A stretch of DNA of 32,000 bases from Candidatus Nanopusillus sp. (GTDB lineage: Archaea > Nanobdellota > Nanobdellia > Nanobdellales > Nanobdellaceae): NCBI GenBank assembly GCA_049414405.1, contig JBMSAQ010000022.1:33640-65639 (forward strand). Direction: 5' to 3'. Under the pieces are notes generated by a model. It made no database searches. It was not told the origin of the DNA and was given only the letters and a program-made list of their open reading frames with translations. The stretch's first letter is position 1. Every line of letters begins with the position of its first letter. Shown here piece after piece: positions 26,465-32,000 of this stretch. Made by a program: the position numbers and the translations under genes.

Positions 26465-26929
26465 ATGGTAATTTATGTATATACAAATGGAGGAGGTGAA
26501 GGTGTTTTAACAACAGATGCTTTAGAAGAAAATAATATTAAAATAGAAGAAACACCTGATGATATTAAAGAAAAATTAAAAAATATTTTACCTTCTTTTG
26601 CATCATTTCATAATCCGATAGATACTACAGCTCAGGCAAGCGAAGATCAATACATAGAAGGATTAAAGATACTATTGGAAGATTCTAGAACCGAAGGAGT
26701 GATTGCAATATTATTACCACAATTACCTTTTTTTACAGAAAAATTTCCGAAAAAATTATCAAAAATAATAAATAAAAATATACCATTAGTATTTTTAATA
26801 TATGGAGGGGGATTTACAGAACAAATAAAAATATCTGTTGAAGAATATTTACCTGTATTTGAATCTCCAGAAGATGCTGCTAAAGCATTATCCTTTTTAT
26901 TAAGATTGAAGAGAAATAATTGGATATAA
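26465..26929 (+). CDS. ADP-forming acetyl-CoA synthetase alpha-type subunit, C-terminal piece
   Basis: 154-aa ORF starting MVIYVYTNGGGEGVLTTDAL...NPIDTTAQAS. This is the segment (..IvTNaGGpGvlatD...NPvD) that normally follows the previous ORF in a single polypeptide. It lies in a different frame, 2 nt after the upstream stop. Confidence 0.65.
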   Translation: MVIYVYTNGGGEGVLTTDALEENNIKIEETPDDIKEKLKNILPSFASFHNPIDTTAQASEDQYIEGLKILLEDSRTEGVIAILLPQLPFFTEKFPKKLSKIINKNIPLVFLIYGGGFTEQIKISVEEYLPVFESPEDAAKALSFLLRLKRNNWI

Positions 26930-27139
26930 AATTTTCATAAATATTTTCTTTATAAAGCTACATTGTAATAATAAGAATTTATTGAAATTATATTCTAAAT
27001 ACTTTAATAATATTTTATACTAGATATAGTAAGAAATTTCTAACTGTACAAAATATTACTAGACGGCTTTGGTATAAAATATAAAATGGTTTTTTATCGG
27101 AATTAAATATTATAAAAGTAAAGCAATTCAATAATTAAG

Positions 27140-27214
27140 CGGACCCGGGGGGATTCGAACCCCCGACCTACGGCTTAGGAGGCCGTCGCTCCATCCATGC
27201 TGAGCTACGGGTCC
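27140..27214 (-). tRNA. tRNA-Arg (anticodon CCU)
   Basis: Reverse complement folds as GGACCCG-TA-GCTC-AGCATGGATG-GAGC-G-ACGGC-CTCCTAA-GCCGT-AGGTC-GGGGG-TTCGAAT-CCCCC-CGGGTCC-G. It is 75 nt with no CCA. Confidence 0.9.
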
Positions 27215-27275
27215 TTTATTAAATTTTGATTAAAATTAAAAAATTTATAAGTATCGATATTCTACTAAATTATTT

Positions 27276-27743
27276 ATGAAGAGTATATCGCCAATCATTG
27301 CGACAATACTATTAATTGTAATGACAGTAGCAATAGCAGGATTAATGTATGCATGGTTGTCTGGAGTGTTTTCTACTTTAACAACATCCACCTCACAACA
27401 AATTAGCGGGGTTACTCAAGCAGTATCCTTTAGGGTACCACAATTATATGTTTCTGGTGGTAATGTACATGCAATATTATACAATAGTGGAAATGTGCCA
27501 ATTAATACTGCTAACCTAACTATAATAGCTCAAGAATATTGGTCTGCAAACAATACATATACTCTTACTACATATACTTGTTCAGCACCATCGGCTATAA
27601 TTGCACCGGGTCAACAAAGCACATTAACTTTATCATGTAATCCCACAGGTTTAGTTACTAGATGGAGTTCTAGAATTTATCATTATGTATTTACGTTTAC
27701 ATATAGCGGAATATCTGTTCAGATGACATTACCTCCACCATAG
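27276..27743 (+). CDS. Archaeal type IV pilin-like protein (PF07790/DUF1628-type N-terminus)
   Basis: 155-aa ORF. MKSISPIIATILLIVMTVAIAGLMYAWLSG is the class III signal / pilin_N pattern (..SPVIatiLliaiTV..a). The remainder is Ser/Thr-rich with N-x-T sequons and two Cys. Confidence 0.7.
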   Translation: MKSISPIIATILLIVMTVAIAGLMYAWLSGVFSTLTTSTSQQISGVTQAVSFRVPQLYVSGGNVHAILYNSGNVPINTANLTIIAQEYWSANNTYTLTTYTCSAPSAIIAPGQQSTLTLSCNPTGLVTRWSSRIYHYVFTFTYSGISVQMTLPPP

Positions 27744-27793
27744 GCTTAAAGATTTTTTATGATCATGATAAAAAATAAAATTTTTATAAAAAA

Positions 27794-28296
27794 TTACGTC
27801 TTTGAAATTTTACGCTTATGTGTTTCCCAAAGTTTATGTATTTCATTTAATATTATATGATATTCTTTTTCAAGATGAGTTGATGATCCTTTCTTTTTAA
27901 TTTCTTCTAATATTTTGTATAGCTTCTCAATAAGCTTTTCTAATTGAATAATTTCTGGATAAACTCTATTTAAATTAGCTCCATATAATTTCTTTAAAGA
28001 TTCTATATATTTTTTTATTTTCTTTAAAGCCTTCTTTACTATCTTTTCAATTTTTTTAATATCCTTTAAATATTTAGCTTCCCTTAAAAGTTTTTCAGTA
28101 TCTATATTTACTTCTTTAAATTCCTTTCTTGCCTCTTTTATAATTTTTTTCTTCTTTTTTTATCGACGATAAGTTGTTTATCAATTCTATTCACCGGCTT
28201 ATTCGGTGATGCTTCGCCTTTAGATAATCTTTTAAAAGTAGGATTACCATAAATTTTAAAAGCATTTTGGCAATCATAAATTTTTTGAATCTTACT
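27794..28296 (-). pseudogene. Frameshifted coiled-coil protein gene (no start codon found)
   Basis: Minus frame Y (27794-28159) is about 120 codons open with no Met: IIKEARKEFKEVNIDTEKLLREAKYLKDIKK...HKLWETHKRKISKT*. Upstream frame X (28138-28296) reads SKIQKIYDCQNAFKIYGNPTFKRLSKGEASPNKPVNRIDKQLIVDKKRRKKL*. The two frames overlap in A-runs (gataaaaaaagaagaaaaaaatta). Confidence 0.45.
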
Positions 28297-28362
28297 TTAT
28301 AAATAATCGAAACCCAACTTTTATTTCAATTAGGTAAAATGTTGCATGACAAATACAAATAT

Positions 28363-28614
28363 CTATTTTAAAACATTATCCAAAATATTTTTAACATCTT
28401 CTTCAGAAAAACCTAAAAATAAAATTTCTCCATGTTTATATACTAATACATTTTTTTCATCCAACTTTAACCATATGTAATCCCTATCTTTTTCTTTTAT
28501 TTCAAAATTATTTAACAAATTTATTAACTTATCAACGAATTCATCATCAAATTCTTTATCAAACCTTACAGATAAGTCATTCATTCCACAGAGTTTACTT
28601 ATTCTATATTTCAT
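28363..28614 (-). CDS. Small protein resembling a single TBP-fold repeat (hypothetical)
   Basis: 83-aa ORF. YIWLKLDEKNVLVYKHGEILFLGFSEEDVKNILDNVL parallels the TBP repeat segment [39 protein letters not shown]. The length is close to one TBP repeat. Confidence 0.45.
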   Translation of the reverse strand: MKYRISKLCGMNDLSVRFDKEFDDEFVDKLINLLNNFEIKEKDRDYIWLKLDEKNVLVYKHGEILFLGFSEEDVKNILDNVLK

Positions 28615-28665
28615 TAATGATAAAATATAATTAAAAAATATAAGAGTTTAATATAAACTTATCTT

Positions 28666-29898
28666 ATGATAAATCCAAAAGAAATAAAGAAAGATTTTCC
28701 AATTTTTGAAAATAACCAGAATTTAATATATTTTGATAATACTGCTACAACTCAAAAACCTAGACAAGTTATTGAAAAAATAAAGGAAGTTTATGAAAAA
28801 TATTATGCTAATATACATAGGGGCGTATATAAAATAAGCGAAATATCCTCTGAAGAATATGAAAATTCTCATAAATTGGTTGCAGATTTTATAAAATGTA
28901 AAGAGTGGAGGGAAATAATTTTTACAAGAAATACTACGGAATCTATAAATCTTGTTGCATATTCATATGGACTAAATAATATAAAGAAGGATGATAAAAT
29001 TTTGATATCTTATATGGAACATAGTTCAAATTTATTACCATGGAGGTTTGTATGTAGAAAAACAGGAGCAAAATTGGAATATATTAATGTTAAAGATTAT
29101 AAATTAGATTTAGATGATTTTGAAAGGAAAATAGATGAAAAAACGAAAATTGTTTCTATAACCCATGTATCAAATGTTTTAGGTACGATAAATCCTATAG
29201 AAGAAATAATAAAAATTGCTCATGAAAAAGGTGCTTTGGTTTTGATTGATGCTGCACAAAGTTCTGGACACTTACCTATAAATGTTAGAAAATTAGATGT
29301 TGATTTTTTAGTATTTAGTTCTCATAAAATGCTGGGACCATCTGGAATTGGTGTATTATATGGAAAAGAAGAATTATTAGAAAATATGGAACCTTTTTTA
29401 TGGGGTGGAGATATGATTAAAGATGTTGATTTTGATAAAGAATATTTAAACGATTTACCATGGAAATTTGAAGCAGGAACACCGAATATTGTAGATGGAA
29501 TTGCGTTTGGAGAAGCAATTAAATATTTAAATAAATTAGGAATGGAAAATATTGAAAAATATGAGCAAGAATTAACAAAATATTTCTTAGAGAGATTTGA
29601 AGAATTTTCAAATAAATATAAGTATACAATGTTAATGGGATTAAATGATTATAAAGATAGGGAAGCAATATTTTCATTATTATTTAAAATAAACCCACAT
29701 ATAATTGGGAAAATGTTAGATTCTTATAATATTACTGTTAGGACAGGATACCACTGTTGTTATGTATTATTTAGACATTTGGATTTGTATAAATATGGGG
29801 GATCTGTTAGAGCTTCATTATATATTTATAATACAAAAGAGGAAATTGATTTCTTCTTTGAAAAATTGGAAGAAATTGTTAAGAGATTCGGTTCTTAA
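28666..29898 (+). CDS. Cysteine desulfurase (SufS/CsdA-like, class V aminotransferase)
   Basis: 410-aa ORF with NIHRGVY, the PLP-Lys motif FSSHKMLGPSGIGVLYG and the catalytic Cys region VRTGYHCC...GSVRASLYIYNTKEEID. Confidence 0.85.
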   Translation: MINPKEIKKDFPIFENNQNLIYFDNTATTQKPRQVIEKIKEVYEKYYANIHRGVYKISEISSEEYENSHKLVADFIKCKEWREIIFTRNTTESINLVAYSYGLNNIKKDDKILISYMEHSSNLLPWRFVCRKTGAKLEYINVKDYKLDLDDFERKIDEKTKIVSITHVSNVLGTINPIEEIIKIAHEKGALVLIDAAQSSGHLPINVRKLDVDFLVFSSHKMLGPSGIGVLYGKEELLENMEPFLWGGDMIKDVDFDKEYLNDLPWKFEAGTPNIVDGIAFGEAIKYLNKLGMENIEKYEQELTKYFLERFEEFSNKYKYTMLMGLNDYKDREAIFSLLFKINPHIIGKMLDSYNITVRTGYHCCYVLFRHLDLYKYGGSVRASLYIYNTKEEIDFFFEKLEEIVKRFGS

Positions 29899-30101
29899 GT
29901 AAGTTATTTTAGATCTTAGATTCTTATTAATAATGTTAGTATAATAAAGTTTATTTACAGTTTTTTAATTCTCTGTTTTTGTTTATAAGAGTATTCTATA
30001 AGTGTTTATTTACATTTTTAATTAATTAAAAATTAAGAAAAAATAATTATGAAATGCATTTTATTAAAAAATTAAATTTATGTAAATTTTAAAAATTTAG
30101 A

Positions 30102-30800
30102 TTAATCAAAAAGAATCTGTAAATTTTTTCTTAACAGTTGTAAGTCATAATCACAGTATAAATTTGGATTATTTTTTAATATTTTCATTGCAAAATCTGA
30201 TATATTTTCATAAGGTGGTGACTTTTCCATTACACAACATCCGTATGAACAATGGCTAGCTCCGAGCAGATGTCCTAACTCATGTGCAGCTATAAATAAA
30301 AATAAATCTATCCAATTATTAAAATATTTCAATGGTCTAATAGATATGGTAATACTTCCAATGTCGGAAATTATCTGACCATCACGAGTAATTACATAAT
30401 GTGAAACTCCATATATTGTGTTAAGCGGTGGTGAAGGTTTGCCAGGAAGATATATATCATAGTATATTATATATACATCATAATGGGGTTCTTTTTGTTG
30501 CCAAGGCTCATTTCTACTAAGATTATGCAAACATTTGGCATCTATTAATAAGTCGTTAGAAACCCAACATTTTTCAATGTAATAATTAGGACGACAATAA
30601 GGTTGATTTGGATCTTCACACCAAGGCTTATCAAAATAATATCTAGCTATTTTAACATTTGCTAATCTTTCATACATATCAAATATATATTCTAGAACAG
30701 ATTTAATTTTATTTTTCTCTTCTTCAAATAATATTTCATCAAGAATTATATGAAACGGTTTTCCTTTGGGAGGATCAAACCAGAAATTTATAGTAACCAT
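30102..30800 (-). CDS. Archaemetzincin-like zinc metallopeptidase
   Basis: 232-aa ORF with AAHELGHLLGASHCSYGCCVM (HExxHxxGxxHC....CvM). The downstream CxxC of canonical archaemetzincins is not obvious. Confidence 0.55.
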   Translation of the reverse strand: MVTINFWFDPPKGKPFHIILDEILFEEEKNKIKSVLEYIFDMYERLANVKIARYYFDKPWCEDPNQPYCRPNYYIEKCWVSNDLLIDAKCLHNLSRNEPWQQKEPHYDVYIIYYDIYLPGKPSPPLNTIYGVSHYVITRDGQIISDIGSITISIRPLKYFNNWIDLFLFIAAHELGHLLGASHCSYGCCVMEKSPPYENISDFAMKILKNNPNLYCDYDLQLLRKNLQILFD

Positions 30801-30959
30801 ATGATAGTAACAAATATAGGAAATTCTTATTAATCTTTTATGATAAATAATTCAATAAAAATTTACAATGTTTAACCCAGATTAAACTGTGATTAAACTA
30901 TCATAAAATATTAGGATTTTGGATTATGTTAACCATTACATAAGATCGTGCATTAAGTC

Positions 30960-31034
30960 GGATAATCTTGGTTATGCGACATGGTCCTTGGGGTGGGTAT
31001 AAGTTTGATGTAATTTTTGACAAGGATAATCTTG
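30960..31034. repeat. Direct 11-nt repeat GGATAATCTTG (30960-30970 and 31024-31034) in a 335-nt gap
   Basis: The two copies are exact, read directly from the sequence. They fall in different reading frames relative to each other and flank the relatively GC-rich patch gcgacatggtccttggggtgggt. Confidence 0.6.
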
Positions 31035-31135
31035 CTCTCACTCTCAAAAATTTAATTTCTCATAATAATTTAACTAGAAAACTAGGTTTTGTGATAATAA
31101 ATTTTTTTCTTTTTTGATTATAATATAATATTGAT

Positions 31136-31369
31136 ATGGAGAAGATGTACGAGGATTTTGATGATGTTAAATACGACTCCAAAGAATTCCCAGCCATTAC
31201 CGTTTATTATTATATTTCCAAAGATTATAAAATAGCATTTAATGTATTTAAGGATGGTAATTTTATATGTGCAGGATTAAAAGGCGATTTAAATAACTTT
31301 TATCAACACATTAATGAAATAGTCAATTCATTCCAGGAAAGTATAATAAAGAAATTTGCAAAACAATAA
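31136..31369 (+). CDS. Small TBP-repeat-like protein (partial repeat)
   Basis: 77-aa ORF. VKYDSKEFPAITVYYYISKDYKIAFNVFKDGNFICAGLKGDLNNFYQHINEIV parallels TBP [49 protein letters not shown]. The first strand/helix of a full repeat appears to be missing. Confidence 0.45.
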   Translation: MEKMYEDFDDVKYDSKEFPAITVYYYISKDYKIAFNVFKDGNFICAGLKGDLNNFYQHINEIVNSFQESIIKKFAKQ

Positions 31370-31371
31370 AG

Positions 31372-31650
31372 ATGGACTTAAAATATTCTTTAGACCTTTT
31401 TAATGTTAATACTAAAAAAATAAAGTTTGCAATTATCGGATTATTATTAAGTATTTTATTCATTAATGTTTTTGTTTTACTTACCCATGTAAATAAACCA
31501 CCCAATATATTTGATTACTTAAAAATAGCATGGTTAACCCCTCTATTAGCGAGTATTAGCGCACTTATCAGATATTTTTCTATAAAAGATGATGATTTTA
31601 AGCTTGAAAAAAACCCTAAAAAGATGATTATAAAGTTATATTTCAAATAA
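31372..31650 (+). CDS. Two-TM N-terminal segment, probably the 5' part of the downstream GT2 glycosyltransferase
   Basis: 92-aa ORF with two hydrophobic helices (FAIIGLLLSILFINVFVLL and IAWLTPLLASISALI). It ends 31 nt after the GT2 frame opens. Confidence 0.5.
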   Translation: MDLKYSLDLFNVNTKKIKFAIIGLLLSILFINVFVLLTHVNKPPNIFDYLKIAWLTPLLASISALIRYFSIKDDDFKLEKNPKKMIIKLYFK

Positions 31651-32000
31651 CAACACGTGGTTTTAATGTTGATGCTTTAAAAAGATCCGTTGAAAGTATA
31701 AAATATTGGGCACCGAAATATATTAAAAATTATGAAATATGGATTGTAACCGAACCTGATGCAAATCTCGAAATAGATAATATTAAAGATGTAAAAATTA
31801 TTAAAGTACCTTATGACTTTTCTACTAAAAATGGGACTAAATATAAAGCCCGCGCATTGGAATATGCAAAAGAATTAAGAAAAGATTATGATCATGAAAA
31901 TACATGGATATACTTTTTAGATGAGGAAAGTATTGTTGGCGAAGATACAATATTAGGAATAATAGATTTTATAGAAAATAAAAGGGGTGAAATAGGTCAA
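31620..32000 (+). CDS. GT2-family glycosyltransferase catalytic domain (partial at window edge; no own start codon, -1 frame relative to 31372 ORF)
   Basis: The frame is open from 31620 to the window end: KDDYKVIFQITTRGFNVDALKRSVESIKYW...TKNGTKYKARALEYA...WIYFLDEESIVGEDTIL. This follows the GT2 pattern (ip.....l..sl ; K..aLn.a ; flD.D). Confidence 0.6.

Noticed and set aside
27760-27775. 8-bp palindrome ATGATCAT after the pilin gene
   Set aside because: It is short and AT-rich, is expected by chance, and has no extended arms.
1-32000. CRISPR arrays, rRNA genes, IS elements/transposases, integrases, inteins
   Set aside because: I saw no regularly spaced repeats, rRNA-like conserved blocks, transposase/integrase motifs or intein blocks on either strand.

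Overview
This is a very AT-rich, tightly packed archaeal window. By eye it is about three-quarters A+T; I did not compute this. It contains five GC-rich tRNAs without encoded CCA (Gly-UCC, Ala-GGC, Gln-CUG, Val-CAC, Arg-CCU). GC-rich RNA stems in an AT-rich genome suggest a (hyper)thermophile, and the stand-alone reverse-gyrase topoisomerase ORF points to a Nanoarchaeota-like (DPANN) lineage. That lineage call is an inference.

Recognisable genes, called from remembered family motifs and not from database searches:
- Cell and replication: uppS, ftsZ, ATP-dependent DNA ligase.
- Translation and RNA: circularly permuted GTPase, deoxyhypusine synthase, Trbp111-like tRNA-binding domain, gatD, a Zn-ribbon plus aEF-1beta pair, TRAM protein, L7Ae, Taw1 radical-SAM enzyme.
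- Metabolism: tungsten-type aldehyde:ferredoxin oxidoreductase, nitroreductase, PEP synthase, ADP-forming acetyl-CoA synthetase alpha (in two ORFs), SufS-like cysteine desulfurase.
- Regulators and surface: TrmB-like regulator, HTH regulator, T2SS-F-like membrane protein, PF07790-type archaeal pilin.
- Other: archaemetzincin-like peptidase, glycosyltransferases.

Main hunt results:
1. Two candidate C/D box sRNAs share the same 49-nt layout and the same RUGAAGA C-box variant. One sits in a convergent gap and one overlaps a CDS 3' end. The L7Ae gene is in the same window.
2. Split-gene architecture is seen in the topoisomerase-only reverse gyrase ORF and the two-piece ACD alpha.
3. Several decayed or frameshifted genes are present: a GT4 remnant, a DUF4143-ATPase remnant, a coiled-coil ORF and a GT2 gene, the last two broken at A-runs.
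4. Two small proteins resemble single TBP-fold repeats.
5. A conserved-looking 352-aa protein carries a Gln-rich tail.
6. tRNA-Ala and tRNA-Val appear to have U at position 37.
7. There is a 53-nt GC-rich island of unknown class, and several short direct repeats lie in unusually long gaps.

I saw no CRISPR array, rRNA or obvious mobile element.
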